A stretch of DNA of 47,646 nt from Octopus bimaculoides (taxonomy: Eukaryota). Numbering within the stretch: position 1 is the stretch's first letter; every line of letters starts with the position of its first letter. Both the position numbers and the translations under genes were made by a program. The DNA lies in the NCBI RefSeq assembly GCF_001194135.2, contig NC_069005.1, forward strand, positions 17,210,546-17,258,191, in the 5' to 3' direction. The notes under the pieces were generated by a model. That model ran no database searches. It saw only the letters and a list, made by a program, of their open reading frames with translations, and had not been told where the DNA came from. Shown in pieces: positions 23,254 to 35,395 of the stretch.

Positions 23254-24155
23254 NNNNNNNNNNNNNNNNNNNNNNNNNNNNNNNNNNNNNNNNNNNNNNN
23301 NNNNNNNNNNNNNNNNNNNNNNNNNNNNNNNNNNNNNNNNNNNNNNNNNNNNNNNNNNNNNNNNNNNNNNNNNNNNNNNNNNNNNNNNNNNNNNNNNNNN
23401 NNNNNNNNNNNNNNNNNNNNNNNNNNNNNNNNNNNNNNNNNNNNNNNNNNNNNNNNNNNNNNNNNNNNNNNNNNNNNNNNNNNNNNNNNNNNNNNNNNNN
23501 NNNNNNNNNNNNNNNNNNNNNNNNNNNNNNNNNNNNNNNNNNNNNNNNNNNNNNNNNNNNNNNNNNNNNNNNNNNNNNNNNNNNNNNNNNNNNNNNNNNN
23601 NNNNNNNNNNNNNNNNNNNNNNNNNNNNNNNNNNNNNNNNNNNNNNNNNNNNNNNNNNNNNNNNNNNNNNNNNNNNNNNNNNNNNNNNNNNNNNNNNNNN
23701 NNNNNNNNNNNNNNNNNNNNNNNNNNNNNNNNNNNNNNNNNNNNNNNNNNNNNNNNNNNNNNNNNNNNNNNNNNNNNNNNNNNNNNNNNNNNNNNNNNNN
23801 NNNNNNNNNNNNNNNNNNNNNNNNNNNNNNNNNNNNNNNNNNNNNNNNNNNNNNNNNNNNNNNNNNNNNNNNNNNNNNNNNNNNNNNNNNNNNNNNNNNN
23901 NNNNNNNNNNNNNNNNNNNNNNNNNNNNNNNNNNNNNNNNNNNNNNNNNNNNNNNNNNNNNNNNNNNNNNNNNNNNNNNNNNNNNNNNNNNNNNNNNNNN
24001 NNNNNNNNNNNNNNNNNNNNNNNNNNNNNNNNNNNNNNNNNNNNNNNNNNNNNNNNNNNNNNNNNNNNNNNNNNNNNNNNNNNNNNNNNNNNNNNNNNNN
24101 NNNNNNNNNNNNNNNNNNNNNNNNNNNNNNNNNNNNNNNNNNNNNNNNNNNNNNN

Positions 24156-24186
<31 letters not shown>

Positions 24187-24631
24187 ACAAACAGGCATAT
24201 ATATACATAGTGAAACTAGTAAAAGTGAAACAATATAAAAGTGAAACTATAACTTACTCTGTTGAAGGTTTCGCTTTTATTCTTCGAGTTCTGAGACGTA
24301 ATATGGAACCAGTGCCAATGTTGCATTGTTTTAATCCCCCCAAAATTACATGTTGACACTAACGGTATCTCATAATAAAATTTGATTTAATTTGTTTGAG
24401 CCGTTTGAGAATACATTGGGAACAGACAGAGATACAAAGAATTTTAGATATATATAAATAATATATACCCCTTTCACATCTGTGTTATGCACTTTCTTCT
24501 GATGAGAGACTAACATCCGAAGCGTTATAACTTTTCTCTTTCTATTAAAGCGCTAATCTAATACTGAATCTTTTAAACCTTTGCACGTTTGTCACCCCAA
24601 TATGATGCCTTTTTTATTATTCATTGCATTT

Positions 24632-24670
<39 letters not shown>

Positions 24671-24748
24671 AGGTGGGTGCACAGGCATGTGTGTATTTAT
24701 GAATATATAAACATATGTGTATGTATGTACATATATATACATATATGT

Positions 24749-24788
<40 letters not shown>

Positions 24789-25299
24789 CTTGACCCAACT
24801 ACTTGTTACTTTATTCATTGTTTCTAGGAGGCTGAAAGTCATAAACTATCATCGGCATGATTCGAAATCAGTACAAGTCTGTAAACAAATATAGCTAGTT
24901 ATTGTATCCAACGCTTTGACGACTGAATTCATGCATTATTTAGAAAATTTAAGACAACATAGGAAATTCATTCTACATAGGGATAAGCTTTACAATGAAT
25001 TGTTCTGTTGGGTGACTTTCTTGATGACTATTGTTTTTCTTTCATCTAAATTGCTGCGCTTTCTAAGCTTTCTTTATAAAACTGTCACAGTATGTAAAGG
25101 CTTCCGCTTTTATGAACCTTACACGGCTTTTGATTCATAAACGAAAACAAACGTTCCTTGACGATGGAAATTGTGCTGGTGACTCGTTCAGCTTCTGTAG
25201 CTTTTATCGTTTTCGTTAATTATGAACTGAGATCGATTTAAAAGAATACACACTGCCACACAAAATAGTTTCTTTATTCAAATGGTGGACTAGCAGAAT

Positions 25300-25635
25300 A
25301 GTTACAGCGTCGGATAAAGAACTTTGCTGTATTTTCTCTTTACTTTCCAAGTTCAAATCTTGTTTGGGCAAATTTGTCTTCTATCCTCCGGGGACAATAA
25401 AGAATGAGTTAAGTACCACCACCAAAAAAATTGCTGCCCTTGTGGCAAAATTGAAACCATTACTATTGTTGTTATTGTTGTTATTGTCCAAATTCCGCCG
25501 AGGTCGATTTTGCCTTTTATCATTTCGGGGTCGATAAGTTAGTATCAGTGAAACACTGGGGTCGATGTGATCGACTTGTCTCCTCCCCTAATTTTTGGCC
25601 TTGTCCCTATAGTAGAAGGGATTACTATTATTATT
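25300..25635 (+). mobile_element. Two tandem decayed type B (MetaSINE-like) SINEs ending in (ATT)n
   Basis: CAAATTCCGCCGAGGTCGATTTTGCCTTTTATCATTTCGGGGTCGATAAG...ACTGGGGTCGATGTGATCGACTT at about 25488-25578, and a more decayed copy upstream. Confidence 0.7.
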
Positions 25636-25636
25636 T

Positions 25637-26208
25637 AAGACGTCACTCAGTAGCCAATATCGTGAGGTTGTTGATTGAAGATATTGTGTGTACCGGGAGT
25701 TTGTACTGTCTGTTACGTCACAAGGATCTCAGATAGACAGTACTTTACGCAATATGCGTGCACTTCCAAGTAATGCCGATTTTTGCAATACACATAGATT
25801 GTAGGGTATTTCCAAAGTTTTCAGATGTTTTATTCAGGCTGGGAGGTATTGAACCCAATGCTCCGATGACAATAGGGACAACCTTTATGTTTGACTCTCG
25901 TAGCTGCCACATCTTAGCGATCTCAGTGCTCAGGTCTCCATATCTATCAAACTTTTCTCTTCCTTTCATACTAATATGTTGATCTCCTGGCACTTCCACG
26001 ACGATGATAAGGTACTCTTGTTTGTCCCTCCTAAAGGTTACTATATCCGGCCTTCGGTGCTCTAAAACCTTGTCTGTCTGGAAGTCAAAGTCACAGAGGA
26101 TTTTTGCCTTCCTCTTTTGGTTCATTACTTTATCCGATGTGTGTTAGTACCAAGCACCCGTTACCTCGTATCCATACTTGCGGCATAGTAGCCAATGAAG
26201 GTTTTCCG
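25637..26208 (-). mobile_element. R4/Dong LINE 3' fragment: restriction-like endonuclease domain plus 3' UTR and (TAA)n tail
   Basis: ENLHWLLCRKYGYEVTGAWY*...KILCDFDFQTDKVLEHRRPDIV...IIVVEVPGD...EKFDRYGDLSTEIAKMW...VVPIVIGALGSIP...[frameshift]ALLGSARILRKV, followed by TTAAATAATAATAGTAAT. Confidence 0.85.
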
Positions 26209-26243
26209 CTTCATTGGCTACTACGCCGGAAGTATGGATACGA
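26166..26243. repeat. 35-bp inverted duplication (33/35 identical, 8-nt spacer) at the LINE 5' truncation point
   Basis: TCGTATCCATACTTGCGGCATAGTAGCCAATGAAG (26166-26200) versus CTTCATTGGCTACTACGCCGGAAGTATGGATACGA (26209-26243). Confidence 0.9.
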
Positions 26244-27279
26244 TGTGTGAAACACTACAGTCGATGTAATCGACTCATCCACTCCCCCAAATAGCTGCCC
26301 TTGTGGCAAAATTTGAAACCATTATTATTATTACTATTATTACTATTATTATTATTATTATTTGGAGGAGGAGGAGGAGNNNNNNNNNNNNNNNNNNNNN
26401 NNNNNNNNNNNNNNNNNNNNNNNNNNNNNNNNNNNNNNNNNNNNNNNNNNNNNNNNNNNNNNNNNNNNNNNNNNNNNNNNNNNNNNNNNNNNNNNNNNNN
26501 NNNNNNNNNNNNNNNNNNNNNNNNNNNNNNNNNNNNNNNNNNNNNNNNNNNNNNNNNNNNNNNNNNNNNNNNNNNNNNNNNNNNNNNNNNNNNNNNNNNN
26601 NNNNNNNNNNNNNNNNNNNNNNNNNNNNNNNNNNNNNNNNNNNNNNNNNNNNNNNNNNNNNNNNNNNNNNNNNNNNNNNNNNNNNNNNNNNNNNNNNNNN
26701 NNNNNNNNNNNNNNNNNNNNNNNNNNNNNNNNNNNNNNNNNNNNNNNNNNNNNNNNNNNNNNNNNNNNNNNNNNNNNNNNNNNNNNNNNNNNNNNNNNNN
26801 NNNNNNNNNNNNNNNNNNNNNNNNNNNNNNNNNNNNNNNNNNNNNNNNNNNNNNNNNNNNNNNNNNNNNNNNNNNNNNNNNNNNNNNNNNNNNNNNNNNN
26901 NNNNNNNNNNNNNNNNNNNNNNNNNNNNNNNNNNNNNNNNNNNNNNNNNNNNNNNNNNNNNNNNNNNNNNNNNNNNNNNNNNNNNNNNNNNNNNNNNNNN
27001 NNNNNNNNNNNNNNNNNNNNNNNNNNNNNNNNNNNNNNNNNNNNNNNNNNNNNNNNNNNNNNNNNNNNNNNNNNNNNNNNNNNNNNNNNNNNNNNNNNNN
27101 NNNNNNNNNNNNNNNNNNNNNNNNNNNNNNNNNNNNNNNNNNNNNNNNNNNNNNNNNNNNNNNNNNNNNNNNNNNNNNNNNNNNNNNNNNNNNNNNNNNN
27201 NNNNNNNNNNNNNNNNNNNNNNNNNNNNNNNNNNNNNNNNNNNNNNNNNNNNNNNNNNNNNNNNNNNNNNNNNNNNNNN

Positions 27280-27665
27280 GTGGTAGTGGCGGTGGTGTTG
27301 GTGGTGTTGGTGGTGGTGGTGATAACGGTGATGTTGATGATAGTGATGGTGGTGCTGGTTATGATGGTGGTGGCTTGTGTTGTAGTGGTTGTGATAGTGG
27401 TGTCGGTGTTGTTGGTGGCTGTGGTGGTGTTGGTGTTTGTGATGGTAGTGGTGGTGGTGGTGGGAGTGATGCTGCTGCTACTGATAGTAGTGGTGATGAT
27501 GAAATGATGAGGATGATGATGATGATGATGATAGTAATGGTGGTGCTGGTGTTTGGTGCTTGTGGTTGGTGGTGGGATTGTAGTTTGTGATTGCTGTTGT
27601 TGTTAGTGGTGGTAATGGTGATGGTGGAGTTGGTGGTGGTTGTGATGGAGGAGGCGGTGGAAGCA
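27280..27665. repeat. Cryptic (GGT/GAT/GTT)n trinucleotide low-complexity tract
   Basis: Direct reading; produces spurious poly-G/V/T ORFs. Confidence 0.9.
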
Positions 27666-28434
27666 TAAAATGGCGACAGCCAAGACATGGACACAAATTT
27701 CACAGGAATGGGTTCTTAAATGCTTGAAGAATTTTCGTTAAAGGCGAATTTATTTCACAGGAATTTATATGAGAAATATATATTTGGACATGATGTTATT
27801 CAATGAGAAGTGTGTGTGTGTGTATGCGTGTGTATGTATGTATATGCGTGTGTCTGCGTTTACCTTAATGTGTGTATGTATGTGTTCGTGTGTACGTTAA
27901 AGTGTGTATGTATATTTGTGTCTGTTACTTTGAACTTGTGGATCTATTTCCTCAGAAGAGAGGAAGATACAGAGAGAGAGATAGCGTGTGTGTGTTTCTC
28001 TATGTATATGTGTGTGTATATGAGTGTGCATGTGTGTATATGTGTATGCATTTTTGTAAGTAGATGTGCATCTGCGTGCATCTTTGAACTTGTGTTTCTA
28101 TTTGTGATAGAATTGCGTTGGTATGTGCGCGTGCTTGTAGATGTATGTATGTGTGAATGTATATACGAATATATTTGTCTGTGTGCATCTTTAAGCTTGT
28201 ATGTTTATTTGTGTGAGTGTATGCATGTGTATGTGTGTGTTTATGCATATCAGTGATTGTATAATCACACATATAAGTATATGAGTGTATATTTATAAAT
28301 GCATATATGTCTATGTGCATACACATGTGTACATGTTCATGTCTATGCATGTATGTGAGCGCTTATAATTGAATGCAGGAATATATATGCTGACATGTAT
28401 GTAAACATGTACATAGACTATTATATATACATGC

Positions 28435-28466
<32 letters not shown>

Positions 28467-28847
28467 ATNNNNNNNNNNNNNNNNNNNNNNNNNNNNNNNN
28501 NNNNNNNNNNNNNNNNNNNNNNNNNNNNNNNNNNNNNNNNNNNNNNNNNNNNNNNNNNNNNNNNNNNNNNNNNNNNNNNNNNNNNNNNNNNNNNNNNNNN
28601 NNNNNNNNNNNNNNNNNNNNNNNNNNNNNNNNNNNNNNNNNNNNNNNNNNNNNNNNNNNNNNNNNNNNNNNNNNNNNNNNNNNNNNNNNNNNNNNNNNNN
28701 NNNNNNNNNNNNNNNNNNNNNNNNNNNNNNNNNNNNNNNNNNNNNNNNNNNNNNNNNNNNNNNNNNNNNNNNNNNNNNNNNNNNNNNNNNNNNNNNNNNN
28801 NNNNNNNNNNNNNNNNNNNNNNNNNNNNNNNNNNNNNNNNNNNNNNG

Positions 28848-29248
28848 GCGATCTTTTTTGTATAATGACGCTGAATTGCCTCGAGTTCTGCTGTCCGTTT
28901 GACACTGTGTGGTGACCACAACTGAGAGCAATAGTCAAGGCGGCTCAGAAAAAATGTCTTCCATAGAGTCAACATGACTTTTTGATCCCTTGTTCGGAAT
29001 GTCGTCAGTATCCACCCTGCCAGTTGTCTGCACTTTGCTGTCAACTTGACGATGTGCATGTGAAATGATGCATCACTACACATGTTGATGCCCAGGTCTC
29101 TTACTGTTTGTGGTTCTGGGATTGCAGTACCTCCAGGTCCTGTGTATGCAAGTTGGGAGGCACTTGTGGCCTTGTAGCGCAGTACTTGAATTTTTTTTCA
29201 TTGAACTGCATATTATTTTGCTCTGCCCACTTGTATATTGCATTTAGG
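28848..29248 (-). mobile_element. Second CR1/L2-group LINE fragment (same family as 1659-2800), bounded by N gaps
   Basis: YTGPGGTAIPEPQTVRDLGINM[C]SDASFHMHIVKLTAKCRQLAGWILTTFRTR...FFLSRLDYCSQLWSPHSVK...LEAIQRHYTKKI. Confidence 0.85.
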
Positions 29249-29348
29249 NNNNNNNNNNNNNNNNNNNNNNNNNNNNNNNNNNNNNNNNNNNNNNNNNNNN
29301 NNNNNNNNNNNNNNNNNNNNNNNNNNNNNNNNNNNNNNNNNNNNNNNN

Positions 29349-29386
<38 letters not shown>

Positions 29387-29479
29387 GAGGAAGGGAGAGA
29401 GAGAAAGGGGTAGGAAAAGAAAGAATGAGAAGTTCTCTGTCGCTGAAATTAATCCATTGAATATATTTGGTGAATTGAA

Positions 29480-29692
29480 GATGTCAAGATATGAGCCATG
29501 AAGTTTGCTGTATCCAGAATTTGGGCGATACCTGTTGACCACTGAATCCTTGGCTACTTCTCTATGATAGGACATTCCTACACTGGGCTGACAAAAAACA
29601 TTTGCCGTCATGTATCCGGACTTTCCATTATCCATTACCTTGCTACTATGCCTGCCCTGAACTTCTAGTACTAACTCTGTCGGAAAGAGAGA

Positions 29693-29773
<81 letters not shown>

Positions 29774-31250
29774 TACAGTCATCTTCAGAAAACCAGAACA
29801 GAAGAAAGGTCTTATAGATACAGATCGAAATTTCACAAGTGCAACTAAAGAGAGAAATCCCTACTGCTCCAAATAAAATGACTTAACAACCACACATCTC
29901 GGACGCTCGAGTCCAGCGCTGAGCTTTTCAAATTGTGCATTAACAGTAGAGTTGGCTGCATGAGAGTGGCTATGTCTCAAATCAGTGGGAGCGTTGAATG
30001 GTCTTTTGGCGGTTCCCCGCTTTGCTGAAATGAGCTTTGTTTCTGCCAAAACATGACCAGTCTTTTCGAGGTGCTTGGAATCGCCTGTAACACAAAGGAC
30101 TAGCACTTTTTCGTTAGCAGCTCATTCAGGATCCTCAATTGAAACCTGTGTTGCTACATAATGGCAAAAGGTAGGAATCTCTCCCCCTAGATCAAGCAGT
30201 TCACCTCAAAGAAGATTACAACAGCTCTAAGACCTTGCCGCTCCTCTTTCTTCGCGCTCTCTCTTCCTCTCTCTCTTTCTGTCTTTCCTATTCTTCTCTC
30301 CTTAATCTCTCACCGTGCCCTCTTTCATCGGAGACTTCGAAATAATTACATCATCGATGAATCTCCAAGGCTGCTTTATCAAGACTTCCTTTTGAATAGC
30401 ATGGAACTCAGCGGCGCACTATCACAGGTGATACAGGCCACAACGGGCAGAGTTTTCTGTGGGGATATCCATCAACATCAAGTGTGAGTCATTGGTAGAC
30501 CCTTGAAAAGTGTTGTTCTCTCCTCTGCACATAAAATTTAGTTTTATGTGAGAATTCGTTACGGCTCTTTAAGTAACCCCAAGACTTCTTCCTAAAGTTG
30601 TCAGAAGCAAAGGTCAAACTAATTGTCTGTCGGGCAATGGAAAAGAGACTATCCTGATGTGCACAGAAACTCCCCACCCACCCAAGATAGTCAGTCCGTA
30701 AGAGAAAGCAGTTTAAAATAGTTTTATTTCAATGATCCAGAACTTCTTGGACAAGCACAAGGCAGAAACCAGATGAGACTGGTTGAGACTCTAGTAAAGA
30801 TCTACAGTAAAGTGGGCAGCTGGATATTCCTGGAAGTCCATATTCTTGTCGCACATCTTAACGAATATAAAGAGAAAATAGGGAACAAAGCAAAAGTTTC
30901 TTCCAGTTCGGAATGAAATTCGAATCTCGATAGCAGGAAGCATATCCCGAAAACATGATAGCTCACTATATGTCTGCAGCTAATATGTCAAAGTGATTTA
31001 TAATATAATCACAAGTCTCAAAAACTACTCACATTTAAACTTTTGAGTTCATTTTTATATAACTTAAGTTTTAATACATGTTACATACCTTACATGAAAA
31101 AACATCACCTACTTACCGATAAGAAATAGGTAAATTTCATAGTAATATTATCCAAAGCAAAGTTTCGCGGAAATAATATCCATTTTCTATACCTTTTCAA
31201 TACATATAACAGAAAAAAAATAGCACTAACTACTTGGGGGGAAAAGTGTG
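29480..31250 (+). mobile_element. Chapaev3-type (CMC superfamily) DNA transposon relic, transposase heavily disrupted
   Basis: MKFAVSRIWAIPVDH*ILGYFSM, CPELLV, ERNPY, LCFCQNMTSLFEVLGIACN, LKPVLLHNGKR*ESLPLDQAVHLKEDYNS, IGDFE, PLHIKFSFM, FLKLSEAKVK, VHILVAHL, ENMIAHY; superfamily named from recalled motifs; possible terminus GTGTG at about 31246-31250. Confidence 0.7.
29687..29771. repeat. (GA)n microsatellite inside the transposase relic
   Basis: Direct reading. Confidence 0.95.
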
Positions 31251-31812
31251 TTATATAGAATAATTAATAATATTTTCATTCTACAATCAGTATTGTACGA
31301 AGATTTAACTCAGTACAGTCCCACAGGCTGTAAATAAGTCTGTCTTTCTAACTGATTTTACTTCTATCGCTTCCTTCACCACCAACACCTCCGGAAGTCT
31401 TTCTCAGACAAGCTAAATTAATGACATGTAAGATAGAGGAGACCATTCACATAAACACACACACCAACCGATGGCCTTCCATATTCAAAAGACAACAATA
31501 ATAAGCAATAACTATAACTAACAGATGATTTCATTTCAAAAACTAAAAGAGGCCCCTTCACACAATGAAAAGAAACCAAAATAGATAGAAAGAAAAAAAA
31601 AGCACAAAACAAAGACACAATCAAGGAAACACGAAAAGCTATTTTCTCAATATAAGAACCATATTAACGATTTTTGAAGATAGTATAGCTTTTGTAATTT
31701 CTGTCTTTTTATGTTTTACGCATTTTTTAATGTTTATTTATGGGAGACATTTTAGGACGAACACCTGCACACGCACACGCATACACACATACATACATGC
31801 ACACATGCCATA

Positions 31813-31845
<33 letters not shown>

Positions 31846-32703
31846 ATATATGCATGTATATTTATATTTACGCACACACATACATTTATATATTACTTGG
31901 ATGTATACATTATATTGTAGCTAAATATATACTCAAATATATATTAAAAATAAAAATATATATGTCTACATTTATGTTTGTTGCGGACCCTATACTATGC
32001 TACAACTATCCATATATAAATATAAATATATATATATGTATATTTAAATATATATGTTTCTGTGTGTGTGTGTGAGTGTTACATATATATACATATACAT
32101 TCCCATACATATACATACACATGTATAAACACACATTCATACACAAGTATGCATACACATATATATACAAAAAAGGACACATACACATACACATACACAA
32201 AGACACATAAATTCTACTTTTGTATTCTATATTTTCAAATTATATTGTCCGCCATCGCTAGAATATATTCGCTCAGTTTATACTTTGATAGAATGATCAG
32301 TCGCTTTAGAGAGACCATAATATTTAGTTTTCAGCTGATAATAACATTATAGATAAAACTATCGAAACAGAGATGGAACAAGAACAAGAACAATGCAATA
32401 TAGCTAAAATAAATATGAAATAAAACACTGAACAAGCAGCCATTTTGAGATGAGCTAAGTCCACCATTTTGATATATTGTTACAAAATGATTGAGATAGT
32501 TCGTTGTTGCTGATCTTGTTGATGTTGTTGTCACTGTGACTGATGTTGTTGATATTGCTGTTGCTATTGTTTTGGGGGATTTTTTTCCTCTTTTCCCTTT
32601 TTTTTTTGTTGCTCTTCACATTGTTATATTTATCCCAATTCGTTTTGATATTTTGTTCGTGATGATGTTGTCTTTAGTTTTCGGTGCGTGCGTATGTGTG
32701 CGT

Positions 32704-32741
<38 letters not shown>

Positions 32742-32751
32742 NNNNNNNNNN

Positions 32752-32794
<43 letters not shown>

Positions 32795-33352
32795 TGCATA
32801 TGATTGAGTGTATGTATGCGTATGTGTTTGTGTTTTTGTGTGTTTCTGTGTGTGATTGTGTGTTTGTGCCTGCGTGCATATGAGCTTATATGCGTGTCTT
32901 CTTGCGTGTTTCATCATGTGTGTGTGCACGTTCATGCACATGAGATTGTATGTGTGTATCTATGTGGGTGTGTGTGTGTGTGTGTATGACAGCGAGAATT
33001 TTGGCGTTGTTTTCTTCTTTTTACTTTTAGTATTAGCGTTTGAAATTTTGTCATTTCTTTTCTTTGCTTATCCTCGACATAATGCTCTTCCTATCAGCAT
33101 GCATATCTGTGTACCTATATGCGAATGCGTATTATACCTGTACGCGTGAATGTGTGCGTGTGCCATTTATGAAAATAATTTTTTCGACTTGTTTTAGATT
33201 TCGAATATTTCGTTATATTTCACTGTCGAAGTTTTATTGAAATATAAAATAAATTTCCCTCTTTAACAAGGCTACGCACGCACACGCAAAGAAGCGCGCG
33301 CGCACACACACATATGTGTGTGTATTTATATGTATGTATACATATATATATG

Positions 33353-33385
<33 letters not shown>

Positions 33386-33559
33386 NNNNNNNNNNNNNNN
33401 NNNNNNNNNNNNNNNNNNNNNNNNNNNNNNNNNNNNNNNNNNNNNNNNNNNNNNNNNNNNNNNNNNNNNNNNNNNNNNNNNNNNNNNNNNNNNNNNNNNN
33501 NNNNNNNNNNNNNNNNNNNNNNNNNNNNNNNNNNNNNNNNNNNNNNNNNNNNNNNNNNN

Positions 33560-33596
<37 letters not shown>

Positions 33597-33742
33597 TGCA
33601 TACATATACATTTATACATATATATGTTCATATGTATATGGATGGTGTATGTGTCTATATTTCTTTTCCTTATTGTTTTGTTACGTTCATATATATTTAT
33701 AACACTCTTCTATCAATTTCCTATGACAACATGTTTAGTTAG

Positions 33743-33838
33743 ACGTGACGTCACGTTGCCAATACAAATACTCAGTTTGTGCTGCTGCGTTAGTGACAGT
33801 GACGTTATAGCACGACTACGTTGAATAAAGTGACGTCA
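33743..33838. promoter_or_regulatory. Cluster of CRE-like motifs (two TGACGTCA, one TGACG half-site); function unproven
   Basis: 14-bp palindrome ACGTGACGTCACGT at 33743-33756, TGACGTTA at 33800-33807, TGACGTCA at 33831-33838. Confidence 0.3.
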
Positions 33839-34084
33839 TAACGTTTATTACTATTTCAATGAATTATTTTTTATTACTTATATCTAAGGGGCGTTTTTTA
33901 CTTGCAGTATTTTGTGGAAGGGGCAGTTGCCATGGTGCTTACAGGCTCTCTTAGACTGTTGACGTTGATGTGATTACTGATCTTCTCACACCTTAGTAAG
34001 TCAACAGAAGCGAAAAAGACCTTGGCGGGGATTTAATCCCAGAGAGGGTCGATGTTCTAGGCAGAAAGGACTGGACTTACGTAT

Positions 34085-34345
34085 TAGGTATGTGTGAAAT
34101 GATAAGGGGGACTGGGGGAGGAGAGACGAGTGAGACAAGAATCCCAAAATGGAAGTGGGATGAGTCTGGCCAGCTCCAACGAACAGAGGCCATTATAATA
34201 GAAATGACAGAAGACACAACGTGCGTGTGGATGAGAGGCTGGAGTGTGTCTGTGTGTGATTTCATGCCAGTCCATCAGGTGTGATCCTTTTTTTGTTGTT
34301 GTTTAACTACGAATCACCTTTGATTGGTCTGTCAAAAGCGTTCCA
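34085..34345 (+). repeat. Unclassified interspersed repeat (segment A 34095-34188, segment B about 34222-34330)
   Basis: Segment B recurs directly at about 36092-36198; segment A recurs inverted at 36564-36657. Confidence 0.8.
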
Positions 34346-34374
34346 GGCATGCCATCTCGTCTTTTATTCGGGTA

Positions 34375-34770
34375 ACGAAGATGGCTGATGACTTTAGCTA
34401 CCTGGGCAGTAACTTTGGTTCTATAGAAAAGAATGTCCAGGTAACGATTACAAAAGTATGGAAGGCCCTAGACTGACTCAAAATAATATGGAAGTTCTCC
34501 GTTCCAGACAACATGAAGTGAGGTTTCTTCAAAGCAGTCTTTGAAACAATACTTTTCTGTGCTTCTGAATTAGAGAAGCTTCTGAATTGAAAAGAAGCTT
34601 GATGATACATACACGAGAATCCTTGGTGCAGTTGTTGATCTTTCTTGGTCACAACACCATACAAAGCGGTGACTAGAGAAATAAGAACACATTATGCAGG
34701 ACACTGCTGGAGAAGCAAAGATGAAATATCCAATGAGCTCCTTCTCTAGAAACCAGTGACACTGAATATC
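34375..34770 (+). mobile_element. RTE-X-like LINE 3' relic
   Basis: KMADDFSYLGSNFGSIEKNVQVTITKVWKALD*LKIIWK...FFKAVFETILF...KKLDDTYTRIL...SWSQH...YAGHCWRSKDE. Confidence 0.7.
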
Positions 34771-35364
34771 AGGCTGGGACCTGAAAAATGAAGATATTAA
34801 AGATCAGAACATCTGGCGTAGAAGAGTTGCATTGGTTCGGACCAGTTGCCCGACCGAATAGATATATTGTTTATGTTGGAGTATATTATCTAATGTTATA
34901 GATATCCTCTTAAGACAGTCTTATGGAATTAATGAGACATTTGCCATCTATTTCTTTGAAGTTGAGTGACCGCATTAAGGTGAGGCTAGGTGTTGTACGG
35001 GGAAAAGATCCTTAGAGTGACTGCCAACCCGTATTAGGTTCTCCGCCGCTGAATCATGAGTTCCAGCCTCGCTGAGGTTGAGTGTTTACTAATGGCTGCC
35101 CATTTGCATTTTCCAAGGGAGTAAAGCCTTGTTGAAAAATTGTGATTGCGCGCAAGTGTATGTGAGAGTATGTGGTGGGTGCCAGCAGATATTTCTGTAC
35201 CGCGACTTCAGGATAGGGAATAAAGTTTCTGAAACATCAATCTTCACCTTCAGTTATCAGAGAAACTCGCCGCTATCTTGCTTTTAGTTTGTACAACTAC
35301 GACTGGTGACTATGGATATCATACAAATCCAAGGTTCCACTGTGAATCCAAGTTGTTATGCATG

Positions 35365-35393
<29 letters not shown>

Positions 35394-35395
<2 letters not shown>

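Noticed and set aside
27280-27703. Gly/Val-rich and Thr/Pro-rich mucin-like ORFs
   Set aside because: Cryptic trinucleotide repeat open on both strands, with no domain signature.
34385-34412. CTGATGA motifs here and CAGATGA...GGAAAC at about 2694-2719
   Set aside because: Both are inside LINE coding relics (RTE-X ADDF; CR1 VPDEP) with no proper stems.
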